NCBI GenBank assembly: GCA_964016885.1
Contig: OZ024742.1
Location: forward strand, 343,542,001 to 343,606,000
Length of the DNA stretch: 64,000 nt
Direction of reading: 5' to 3'
Source: Eledone cirrhosa
Taxonomy: Eukaryota
The translations under genes were made by a program, and so were the position numbers. The notes under the pieces were generated by a model. That model had not been told where the DNA came from. It did not search any database and saw only the letters and a program-made list of their open reading frames with translations. Each line of letters starts with the position of its first letter. Within the stretch, counting starts at the first letter, position 1. This document shows, one piece after another, positions 27,631 to 42,260 of this stretch.

Positions 27631-28846
27631 GTATTACATTTGCATGGAGCAGTGACTTGAGAGTCTGACTCCTCTTATAGAACGTTCAGATATGACACCC
27701 CTTAATTAATGGTTGGCAATCATCCTAGTATATACACCCTTGTACTTCTTAATGAACAACTCTCTAACTTATAAATGGGTACCATACTCTAGATATTAGT
27801 TATAACTTCACATGATAGGCACGTATTTGAATCACCATTAATGTAGTTTAGCATAGTAATGTAACTAAAATAACTAGCTAGTTACCTCCCCTTACGCATT
27901 AATTCCCCTTAATCATTCAGGCACTTCCGGAATTTGGACAGCATGATATATTAATTAAGAACCGACTGGATACGGTTTATAGCTTGACTATATGCTGAAC
28001 CACTGCGAATTATACGATAGACGCGTGTTCTCTATATATATATTGCGTCTCATGGATTATGTGAATGGTGGTGTGAGCAAGGACAGTGGTACGACCTTGC
28101 CTACGATACAATAAAGTTTATAGTATGTTGAAGGTTTTTGATATTTTGGTGTTTCCCCGCATCCGAGACTGTATATCATACAGATGTATGAGAATAAATG
28201 ACTTAATAATTCAGCCTATATAATAAGATCGATTGCCTGCTTCAACTGCCTGACCCTGCAAATATCATTCTGACGCACTCTAATCATGTATAGATAAGAC
28301 AAGCGTGCATGCTACACGGGAGATTGCTTCATGCACTGACTACTCTAAGCTTTCCTCTTACTTTATCTTCATAGACTGCCAACGCTTCATGTTTATCTTT
28401 ATTTTCACTCTTATTTTCACTCTTGCTTTTATTTTATTTTATTTTTATCATGTAACACTTTATATGTAAATTGCCATGCTATTTCATTTGATGAATGTCA
28501 CCCCACTGTTGATCAATATGCGCATATGTTTTATGTGTCTCTTGGGTTGAAAAGGAGGTCAAGTATGTTATAAATAGCTGCTCCGAGCTCCGAATAATCC
28601 AAACCTCGGTTTGGAGGAAACAATTGTAAGCAAATAAATGACTTAAACTGAACTTTGATTACTGTAATCTCTATATAACTGCTCTGTATAATAACTGATG
28701 TTATTACATTGAGCTATTTATCTTACTGGTAATAGGATAGTAATTAAAGACTATCTCTCACTATTTAGGGTTTGTGTATATATAATATATTACCATCAAA
28801 GGTTTTATTGCATACATAACCATAAATAGTACCCTTAATACTAATA
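27631..28846 (+). repeat. 5' pseudo-LTR of the Naiad PLE
   Basis: Near-identical to 31968-33164 apart from 12-bp and 7-bp micro-duplications and a few substitutions. Confidence 0.95.
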
Positions 28847-28888
28847 ACTGCTCCATTTTGTTGAGCTGATATACCATAAATTACCAGC

Positions 28889-31372
28889 ATGCTGATCAAA
28901 GACCAACTCCCTATGTCAACCAAGAACATACCTTTACCAACCAAAAATACATATGAAAAGTTGTTGATCAACAGTGTAAACTCCTTTATCAATAGAGTAA
29001 GATGGAGGACATTCCATTATGATAGAAACAAATCTGGCAAGGATAATAACACCAACAAATTTGACTCCTTCGGCTTTAAAACATTTAGAAGCCCCCCCCA
29101 TAACACACTATTAAACATCTTCGAAAACGACCTAATTAAACTAGTTAAAAACATTAAATACAAAAAACACCATAATAAAAACAACACCTTCTTAAACAAA
29201 CTTAGCACCTCTATTAATGACTTCAAAACTAGTAGTAAAATTGTTGTACATGCCGACAAAACTAATAACATATACAGCCTAGATTATAATACGTATAGAA
29301 AGTTTATATATAATGAACTACATAAAAGCTACAAGAAAACCACTATGAAAAACTTAGAAGATATTAATATGGAAGGCTATAATATAGTATCCAAACTAGG
29401 GCTCCAGAGACACACACAACCTTACACCCCAAACCCCCCTAGATTCTCTCTGAAGGACCATAAGGTAGACTTCATTAGCAACCCCTCGATTAGACTAATC
29501 TGCCCCTCCAGGTCTGACATTGGCATTATCAGTAAAAAAATCCTAGACAAAATCATCCCACAGATTAAACACAAGGTTTACCTTAAGCAATGGGGAAATA
29601 CGGGTGAAGTGATTGAATGGTTCAAAAATATCATAGATAACAAGGATAAAACATTTATCCAATTTGATATCAACTCTTACTACACCTCTATTTCCCCTAT
29701 CCTACTAAATAAGGCACTTATAATGGCCATGGACAATAGTGACTTGACTAGACCCCAGATTGATGTCATACTTGCGGCCCGTAAAACAATAATCACCTTT
29801 GAGGACCAATTATGGACCCGCAAGGATACGCAAAACAACTTCGACATTACTATGGGGTCTAGTGACTCGGCGCAGGTCACTGATTTGGTTGGCCTATACT
29901 TACTTAACCTAATCCACAGGGAACTTCCGTACCTCAGCGGTGGTTTGTATCGCGACGATGCACTTCTACTTATAGACTATAAAAAATTCAATATAGAAAG
30001 GACTAGAAAACTATTGCACAAAACATTCAAAAACGTTAACCTTAGTATTACCATGGACAAAAACACCAAAAACGTCAACTTCCTAGACGCCACACTCTAC
30101 TTAGACTCAATGATATATGCACCTTTCCACAAACCTAATGAAAAACTCATCTACGTAGATACCAAGTCTAACCACCCTAAATCTATATTGAACTCTATCT
30201 CTAAGGGAGTATCTAATAGAATCTCTAATCTATCCTATGACATAAACACATTTAACAATAACTCGCAGTATTATAATCAGGCATTAGCTAGATCAGGCCA
30301 TAATACAGGGATAGAGTTCCTACCTACAAAAACACATAGCTACAACATCATTTCACACAACATGTCCATGGGAAAATTTAATAATAAGAATAGCAACTGC
30401 ACACACACTAATAGGGATTGTAACAACAAGAGTAACCCGCACCACAGAAATGACCATAGGAACATTAAAGGAAACAAATCACCAGACATAAAAAACAGAA
30501 ATAGAAGAAGAAATAATACATTTTTCAACCCTCCTTTCAATTTAAACGTCTCTACCAACCTTCCTAGGGCTTTCTTCTCACTACTAGATAAACACTTCCC
30601 ATCCGGCCACAGGTACCACGGCCTTTTAAACAAAAACACTATTAAGATCTCATACTCTACTACGCCTAACTTAGCATACCACATAGCTAGTACAAATAAA
30701 AGAAAAATTAATTCTTACTTCCAACAAACTAAATCACAACGGTCGATAAACCTTCAAAATAACATTCAAAATGACAGTCAAAGTAACATTATAACAAATA
30801 ACCGTAATATCAATGGAAATAGTAGTAATAGCACGAGTGTAAACATTAACGCTGCGTACCACAACCCGCATAACCATAACCCTATAGCTAACCTCCAAAC
30901 TTCTACACAGCATAGTAACCGGCAGACTAGCACCCAGAGTAATTGTAACTGTAGATCAAGTAGAACCTGCCCTTTAGATAAAAAATGCTTAACCAAGGAT
31001 ATCATATACTCATGTACAGTCACAACTAACAGCTCTTCTGAAACCTACATAGGCTCCACTTCTAACTGCTTCAAAACTAGATACAATTCGCACCTCCACT
31101 CTTTCAAAAAACACAGTCTAGCCAACTCCACTTCACTATCTAGCTACATACACTATCTAAAAACTAAAAATAAAATATATACACTTAAATGGGAAGTGGT
31201 AGGTAGTGCAACATCGTACAAACCACCTGATAAATTTTGTAACCTCTGTCTACTAGAGACCCATACTATCATCTTCTCTAAACATAATCTCCTTAATAAA
31301 AAATCAGAAGTGTTCGCAAATTGCCAACACCGCTTCCGACACTCGTTCCAAAACTTTAAACCCTATATATAA
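28889..31372 (+). CDS. PLE polyprotein: reverse transcriptase + GIY-YIG endonuclease, 827 aa, uninterrupted
   Basis: Motifs STKNIPLP...RVRW, ADKTNN, LKDHK, QFDINSYY, TMGS, LYRDD, NFLD, SNHP, CNCRxxxxCPL, IIY...YIGST, CNLCL, LLNK...CQH. Clade label (Naiad) is from motif recall. Confidence 0.95.
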   Translation: MLIKDQLPMSTKNIPLPTKNTYEKLLINSVNSFINRVRWRTFHYDRNKSGKDNNTNKFDSFGFKTFRSPPHNTLLNIFENDLIKLVKNIKYKKHHNKNNTFLNKLSTSINDFKTSSKIVVHADKTNNIYSLDYNTYRKFIYNELHKSYKKTTMKNLEDINMEGYNIVSKLGLQRHTQPYTPNPPRFSLKDHKVDFISNPSIRLICPSRSDIGIISKKILDKIIPQIKHKVYLKQWGNTGEVIEWFKNIIDNKDKTFIQFDINSYYTSISPILLNKALIMAMDNSDLTRPQIDVILAARKTIITFEDQLWTRKDTQNNFDITMGSSDSAQVTDLVGLYLLNLIHRELPYLSGGLYRDDALLLIDYKKFNIERTRKLLHKTFKNVNLSITMDKNTKNVNFLDATLYLDSMIYAPFHKPNEKLIYVDTKSNHPKSILNSISKGVSNRISNLSYDINTFNNNSQYYNQALARSGHNTGIEFLPTKTHSYNIISHNMSMGKFNNKNSNCTHTNRDCNNKSNPHHRNDHRNIKGNKSPDIKNRNRRRNNTFFNPPFNLNVSTNLPRAFFSLLDKHFPSGHRYHGLLNKNTIKISYSTTPNLAYHIASTNKRKINSYFQQTKSQRSINLQNNIQNDSQSNIITNNRNINGNSSNSTSVNINAAYHNPHNHNPIANLQTSTQHSNRQTSTQSNCNCRSSRTCPLDKKCLTKDIIYSCTVTTNSSSETYIGSTSNCFKTRYNSHLHSFKKHSLANSTSLSSYIHYLKTKNKIYTLKWEVVGSATSYKPPDKFCNLCLLETHTIIFSKHNLLNKKSEVFANCQHRFRHSFQNFKPYI

Positions 31373-31967
31373 TAATGTCAGACTGGAACCGGCACCACCC
31401 CTAGCAATTAACATCAGTAGCACACCTTACACCTCACATCCACACCCATCTCTATACTCTAAAGATAATACTGACAGCGTTTGAGTGCCACCTACCCTGG
31501 GAATACCCCCTTGTACCTCTAATACTGATATCCCGACCGTGGACTACTTATTCTGCATTGCACAAATATAAGATTAGTATAAACTGGGGACACGGTACTG
31601 GTTGTGATAGCATAGTCCTGTGCATGGATTACCACCAAGAGATAGATTGATGATTAGATAGATAGTCGTATTGTTAAGTGAGTATATACTGTAAGCGATC
31701 AGTTCATTCAATTATGCACGTAATCATCTTGATGTGGACTCCTTTAATACCTATTAATAGACTCCACTCTAGCTTGGAGATGTGATACATAATTGATTTA
31801 TATTTGAGACGGGGGTTGTCTATTACCTGATGGCCAGACTAGTGCATTTATATGAGAGATCGGATCTCCGGACCATACCGAAGATTTACTGGAGATGCAG
31901 GCAAGCAATGACCCGGAGCCTACCGGGTGGCATATATAATAGTGGGACCATACCAGGTCCTACTGTT

Positions 31968-33158
31968 GTATTACATTTGCATGGAGCAGTGACTTGAGAG
32001 TCTGACTCCTCTTATAGAACGTTCAGATATGACACCCCTTAATTAATGGTTGGCAATCATCCTAGTATATACACCCTTGTACTTCTTAATGAACAACTCT
32101 CTAACTTATAAATGGGTACCATACTCTAGATATTAGTTATAACTTCACATGATAGGCACGTATTTGAATCACCATTAATGTAGTTTAGCATAGTAATGTA
32201 ACTAAAATAACTAGCTAGTTACCTCCCCTTACGCATTAATTCCCCTTAATCATTCAGGCACTTCCGGAATTTGGACAGCATGATATATTAATTAAGAACC
32301 GACTGGATACGGTTTATAGCTTGACTATATGCTGAACCACTGCGAATTATACGATAGACGCGTGTTCTCTATATATATATTGCGTCTCATGGATTATGTG
32401 AATGGTGGTGTGAGCAAGGACAGTGGTACGACCTTGCCTACGATACAATAAGGTTTATAGTATGTTGAAGGTTTTTGATATTTTGGTGTTTCCCCGCATC
32501 CGAGACTGTATATCATACAGATGTATGAGAATAAATGACTTAATAATTCAGCCTATATAATAAGATCGATTGCCTGCTTCAACTGCCTGACCCTGCAAAT
32601 ATCATTCTGACACACTCTAATTATGTATAGATAAGACAAGCGTGCATGCTACACGGGAGATTGCTTCATGCACTGGCTACTCTAAGCTTTCCTCTTGCTT
32701 TATCTTCATAGACTGCCAACGCTTCATGTTTATCTTTATTTTCACTCTTGCTTTTATTTTATTTTATTTTTATCATGTAACACTTTATATGTAAATTGCC
32801 ATGCTATTTCATTTGATGAATGTCACCCCACTGTTGATCAATATGCGCATATGTTTTATGTGTCTCTTGGGTTGAAAAGGAGGTCAAGTATGTTATAAAT
32901 AGCTGCTCCGAATAATCCAAACCTCGGTTTGGAGGAAACAATTGTAAGCAAATAAATGACTTAAACTGAGCTTTGATTACTGTAATCTCTATATAACTGC
33001 TCTGTATAACAACTGATGTTATTACATTGAGGTATTTATCTTACTGGTAATAGGATAGTAATTAAAGACTATCTCTCACTATTTAGGGTTTGTGTATATA
33101 TAATATATTACCATCAAAGGTTTTATTGCATACATAACCATAAATAGTACCCTTAATA

Positions 33159-33164
<6 letters not shown>
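31968..33164 (+). repeat. 3' pseudo-LTR of the Naiad PLE
   Basis: Direct repeat of 27631-28846. Its end (CTAATA) merges into (TA)n. Confidence 0.95.
32904..32950 (+). ncRNA. Hammerhead-like motif with non-canonical core (also at 28587-28632 + and 27349-27395 -)
   Basis: UGCU-CCGAAUAA-UCCAAACC UC GGUUUGGA-G-GAAA-CAAUUG-UA^AGCA. Architecture fits, but the core deviates from CUGANGA. Confidence 0.55.
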
Positions 33165-33202
<38 letters not shown>

Positions 33203-33307
33203 GAGAGTAAAACGGCTCTGTTTAACTACATTGAGCTATACCTTTTACTGTCATTTCTATAATACGAAGAGAGGGTGTTTAACTCCAACACACTCCAGTA
33301 TCTTAAC

Positions 33308-33380
<73 letters not shown>

Positions 33381-33526
33381 TATTATATATATATATATAT
33401 ATATATTTAGAATGTTGAAAATTGACACATGAGTTGATATATTAGGAAAATAAGAAAATCAGTAGAAAATGCTAATGTGATTTTCTCATAGAATAACAAC
33501 AAAGCATTTATTTAAAAAAAGGAATT

Positions 33527-33573
33527 CATCGTAGCGGTTTCAGCCAAAAATTGTTTAGGCTTCTTCATACTAC
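33527..33573 (-). ncRNA. Degenerate hammerhead relic
   Basis: AUGAAGA-AGCC...GGCU-GAAA-CCGC-UA: C3 is mutated and helix I is poor. Confidence 0.4.
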
Positions 33574-34398
33574 AGGAAATATGATTATAGTTAATGCGTA
33601 TATTAATAAGAAGAGGGTAAAAGAGAACATGGTTTACATACATATAAATGAGTTCCCATTTTTGTTTATCGCTTTCTCTCTCTCCTCCATCATGGTGGTT
33701 TGAAATAGAAGTCGGTTTGTTACCTGTTACCGTCTGATTGATGTAGACTAAAGGTTCTCAACGGGGGGCATTTCGTAGCCACAGGGGCGCGTTATGCAGT
33801 AAGGGGGCGTTAGAGAGGTGTTATGCAATAAGGGGGCGTTAGGGGGGTGTTATGCAGGAAGGGGGCGTTTGAAACTTTGAGAGCGCTAGAAGCCCTTTTA
33901 GTTTGGTAAGTTTTATAAGTCATATTTGTACGTCTCTTAGACAGTCAGTGATTTGAATGAAGAAAACAAAGAAAATAAATTAAAGAAGCTTATCAACGAA
34001 TTCCCTAGGGAGATAAAAGAAAATCAAAAGAAATCAAAGAGAATGAAAGTAAGGACTACTTCAACAGAAATAACAAGAAGAAGCAATGGTGGACATACAC
34101 ACACATACATACATACACCCACACACATATATACACATACATACATATATACACACACAGGCCGGCGTTAGTGTTTGATGAAGTTGAGAACCTGGTCAGC
34201 TTTCAGCCAAAAGTGTGGTATTTAAACTCCTAGGTAATAAAATCTGGCGACAAAAACTTTCTCCTTACCAAAAAAGAAGACATAGATCATATCAACATCC
34301 TTACACACTTAAATATATATGCATGTATATATACAAATGTATAAATGCATAGCTATATACATACGTAAATGTATGTATATATGTATGTATGTATGTAG

Positions 34399-34460
<62 letters not shown>

Positions 34461-34461
34461 C

Positions 34462-34495
<34 letters not shown>

Positions 34496-34530
34496 AATCT
34501 ACATACATACATATATATATAAATATACAT

Positions 34531-34600
<70 letters not shown>

Positions 34601-34671
34601 ATATATACATATATACATACATATATACATATATACATACATACATACATATATATCTACATACATACATA

Positions 34672-34749
<78 letters not shown>

Positions 34750-35052
34750 CATATAAATCTACATATATTTATATATATTATAAAGAATTTATATCTAGTA
34801 ACATTTATATACATACAGATGCATATCAATGCTAGCAAATATATAGGTTTTGTCTTAGTAACATTGTGGTTCAATGCATGGGGCTGCAGAACAATAATAT
34901 GAGAGATGTAAGATAAGAAAATTATAAAATTATAAAAAAATTATAAAATTGACTTACTTACTAAAATATCACTTCCAACTAATTAGTTTCTGGAATGGAG
35001 TAAATATATTTTCCGAAGAACATGTATATATATATACATATAAATCTACCTA

Positions 35053-36180
<1,128 letters not shown>

Positions 36181-36309
36181 AGAGAAAGAGATAATATACA
36201 TACATTTACGTATGTATATAACTATGCATTTATACATTTGTATATATATACATGCATTTATATTTAAGTGTGTAAGGTTATATATATATATATATGTGTT
36301 TGTGTATAA

Positions 36310-36737
<428 letters not shown>

Positions 36738-37071
36738 ATATATATGTATATATGTGTGTGTGTGTGTGTAGAAGAGGGGTCTCAAACTCAAGGACACAAA
36801 AGGGCTATTACGTCCTGGAGGAGAGGCACAGTGGGCCAAACGTGGTGGTGGGTGAAAATTTTCACCAGTTATAATCATTTCTACTATAGGAACAAGGCAT
36901 GAAATTTGGGGTTTAGGGTTCAGTCGATTGCATCGATCCTAGTACACAACTGGTACTTAATTCATCGACCACAAGTTTGTGTGTGCCTTGGTACAGAAAG
37001 AATTTTGTCTACAGTTTTTATTGCCAGGTCAAAGGCCATAGCTCTTTTCAACAACGCCAAATAACAACGCT

Positions 37072-37228
<157 letters not shown>

Positions 37229-38129
37229 TATCTATGTTTATATATAAGGGATACAAATATTGCTTTCTCAGTCACCAAGCTTCTCAATTCATTCCTTACT
37301 ACTTATTTTGCTACGAGGTATATTATTTTGCAAGGTACTATTTTTCCCTTGAGTTTGTGATTTCAGAGAAAGGTAAGAAATTCTTCATATTTTGCATCTT
37401 TTGTATTTTGACTTTGCAGTTTCAATTGTCTATCCACGCAAAATATTACAACAGCTAACAGTGAAATATAGAATTAAAAAAAAAAAAAAGCTTTTTCGAC
37501 TGAGATCAAATGTTTTTTTTTATTTAAAAAATATATAATTTGAAATAGCTTGCTTTTGTTTTGGATTGAAACTTTTTTGTATTTAATTCGTACGAGTATG
37601 TTTTAAAGAATCTAAGATAACTTGATTTGGCCCAGTAATCTACTGATATCAAAATCAGTAGTATATTGAAAAATGGAAAAATAGGGTAGAGGGGCTTTTC
37701 GTGATTTCGAGGGGAAAAAGGGGGCGTTTGGCCAAAATGGGTTGAGAACCTTTGATGTAGACTATAACTGCAGTAGTAGTAGTGGTAGTATGGGGGGGGG
37801 GGGAGAAGAAGAAGAAAAAAGGAGAAGTAAAAGGAGGAGGTGTTGTAGTAATAATAGGGCTGTGGCAAAGAAGGAAGGGAAAGACGAAGGAGGGGTAGGC
37901 AGAAAGAGACGACGGGGAGGTGTGGTAGTAGTAATAGTATCACTATTAGTAGTAAAGGAAGCTGTCCGTAGGACTGACCTAAATGGTAGAGTGACCTTAA
38001 AGTTGACTGAGGGAATAATTATTTCTAAATATATCTATCTTTCTTAGTATTTCTGTAGGAAATACTCTCGTTCTTAATTTGTCCGTTGGTGTTAGTGTTG
38101 GGTGCTTGTTGCAGTTTTGTCTGTGGTAT

Positions 38130-39075
38130 TTAAACGGGGTTCGTATTTAGTGATAAAGTATGATTCTTTGTTAATGCATTGATTATGGATAGCGCTGTCT
38201 TTCAATTTATAGAGGGGAAACATTCTGAAATTGGGTTGTTCATTAGAGGTGCTGGTATCAATGTGTTCTCTCAGTGATATTTTTCTGTATTTTAATATGG
38301 GATCTATGAGACTAGTATGGTTTTTTCATTATTAAGTGTTTTTGGGAGGTGGTTGAGCATATCAAGGTCATCCCTTATGTAGCTTTTAATATGTTTAAGC
38401 AATGGTTTTAATAGGATATCAAGGAAGTTGCTGAGGTGGTGGGTTTCGCAAGCGCGACCTGTTATTATAGGTCTTAATTTGAGGTCATTAGGTGAGGGGA
38501 CATTGATGAATATGTCTGTGGCTCCCTTGCATGCTTTACTTATTTTTTCTCTTTTGTGTATCTTAGGAATATCGTAAAAAAGGCTGGATTTACTGTTGAA
38601 GTCAGTGATATAGTTGTATTCCTTGTCAGTAAGTCCTTCTCTGTAAAGGTTTATCAGAGTTTATAGGTTTCTCATTATTTTCTGTTGACTGTAGTGTTCA
38701 GCCTTTTGGTAGTATGCTCCAACTTCTAAAATGAAGAGCACTAAAGTAGTATAATATTCCGCCTCCATTAGGACTACCGCACTCCCTTTATCGGCTCTTT
38801 GATTGTAATAGTTTTATCGTTCTTAAAACTGTTCAGCTCATCCCATTCTTTCTTGCTGAAGTTTGGCCTGTGATTTTATCTGTGTAAGTGTTGATATCGG
38901 TAATTTGTAATGTGTTTTCAGAATTGGTCGAGAATTTTATTCTTGCATTTTGATGGGGTGTAGTTGCTTCTATTTCTAGCTAATGATTTGTCCTCATTGT
39001 ACTGGTCGTGTAGTTCCTCGATGAGTTGTAATTTTTGACAGAATTCTGAAATATCTTCCTTCATTTCTGAGTAGA
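38130..39075 (-). pseudogene. PLE RT N-terminus fused by deletion to the GIY-YIG C-terminus
   Basis: ADKGSAVV, IPKIHK, LKLRPII, LSNFLDILLKP, SYIRDDLDML, then YRKISLREHID...FPLYK...ESYFITKYEPRLN. Contains stops and frameshifts. Confidence 0.85.
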
Positions 39076-39172
39076 TTGGCTGTTCGATGTGAATATCAGC
39101 CTCTCTATCTGCTTCACCCCTTCTTCGTATTTCTCTCCCTTCTTTGTCACGGCCCTATTATTACTACCACAC

Positions 39173-39556
<384 letters not shown>

Positions 39557-39684
39557 TAAATGAAAAATTCTTTTTTTTAAATAAATGTTTTGCTGTTATT
39601 CAATGAGAAAATCTCATTACCACTTTCTACTGTTTTTCTTATTTTCCTAATATATCAACTCGTGTGTCAATTTTCAACATTCTA

Positions 39685-40374
<690 letters not shown>

Positions 40375-40828
40375 TTGCATCAACGCAGCACGCCATTTTT
40401 CATTTATATTTTTCTCTCCGCTGTGACCAGTTTGTTTCTTTCTTACTGCTATCCTCTTTCTCTCTCCTTCTATCTCTTACCTTCATTCACCCTATCTACC
40501 AGTCACCCTCTCTCGGCTGGCCTCTTCCTCACACTTTCACTCACTCACTCTCACTTCCTCCCGTCTGACCTGTGTGAAATCTTTTTCTCGCTCACATTTC
40601 ACAGGGTCTGGATGCGTCTTCTCTTCTCGTCCACGATTTGATCGAACTTAATTAAGTTCACAGATATCACGGACTTGCTTCTTTTCTTCCTCTCTTTCCG
40701 TTGCTATTACCATCTCTGTTTGTTTACATGTCTCGCTTTCAACACCCAATTCTATCTGTCCCATTGACCTTTTTTAGTTATTGCTCGCACCAGCCTGTAT
40801 CCCATTTGCAACAACGCAGCACGCCATT

Positions 40829-40905
<77 letters not shown>

Positions 40906-41324
40906 GTTAGAAATAACACGTGACAACTAAATCTTCGATAACGCTGCAACATTTAGTATCTCGCTCCGTTCTTTGGTAGAACGAAATTCCTGTTGAAGAA
41001 GTGAGTCCTCTGTTCGATCACGAATACCATGAGCTTGCCAGTTACGTAAGTCTGATATTTGATTTCGGATTCATAGAAACACTTTAAACGTATAACGTTT
41101 GATTTGTCCAGGTGTATTTTTTCAACCTGTTAGTTCTTTCGTTACTTTGATATTGTGTGTTAGATTTTGCCTAACCACAATGTTCAATTTGTCAAGCTAT
41201 TTAAAGGTATGTTATTACTCTTAGAGTAATAACATACCTTGTCGAGTGCTTTGCTAACTCATTCATATCGTAGGTCGAATTTGCTTGCACACCGCCAGAG
41301 ATTCGATTTTACTAAGCCTCCAAT

Positions 41325-41356
<32 letters not shown>

Positions 41357-42260
41357 TATTATATAATATATGCATATATATATATTTCGTTTCTGAATTT
41401 GTTTAGCAAGATTCTTTATCTGAAAACGTGTGCTGAAACCGATATTGTTATACTTTGGGAGGGTCATGTTGCCAATAAGAAACACACGCACCAATTGCTT
41501 TCACTTCAATTTATTATAAATTAAATTATAAATTTAAAATTTAAATATTTCCGGTTGGTTGGTTGGTTCCACAACCGGACGGTTGGGTTGGTCATATATT
41601 CTCAAAGTTCTTTCGTCACACATTCTGTCACCTCATCAGTGACTGGGATTCTTTTCTTTGTTTTGTGCTTCTCCTTTGTTCTGTCTTACGCCATCTTATT
41701 TTTGTGTGTGTTTTGTGCTTAGTTTGCGCATGTGTTACATCCGGGTGTCTATCTGTTTTTTAATTTGTTTATTTATTTGTTTATTTACATGTTACTAGTT
41801 AGTTGTTTGTTCTATGTGTGTGTGTCTTTTCATTTTGTCCTTAATTGTAAGTTGTGATGTTGCTATTCCATTCATGTTTTCTATTTAATTTTGGTTGGAG
41901 TTCATTTATGTTTATTGCCTCTGTGATTTGTCTAAACATTGCGTCTCTTCTGTGCGTAGATTTTATTTTTATTTCTATGTTCTCTAATTTGCCCTTATGT
42001 TCTAATTTAGCATTTTGGTGGAGTACTGATCAGTCATTTCTATCTTGTAGCAAATTTTGGAATAGAATAGAAAGAACTAGGAATAAGGTTAATAAAATAA
42101 ACTCATGGTATGATAGCAATAAATACCAGAGTGTAATGTTCATCAATACAACCCCTAGAGTTGAACTAGCTTACACATTTAGAAGGGCCTTAGATAAACT
42201 TAAACTAAATATTAAGATAGTAGAAAGACCAGGTACCTCCATAAAAACACTTATTAGTAA

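Larger units (their letters stand above)
27309..33164 (+). mobile_element. Full-length Penelope-like element (Naiad-type): inverted pLTR piece + pLTR + ORF + pLTR, inserted in (TA)n
   Basis: Direct repeats 27631-28846 / 31968-33164. 27309-27633 is an inverted copy of about 28341-28672. (TA)n flanks both sides. Confidence 0.92.

Noticed and set aside
28889-31372. Selenocysteine recoding as reported for some Naiads
   Set aside because: The ORF has no in-frame TGA and ends at TAA.
40985-41030. TTGAAGAAGTGA...TCACGAAT hammerhead-like relic
   Set aside because: Too many core mismatches and no helix I/III.
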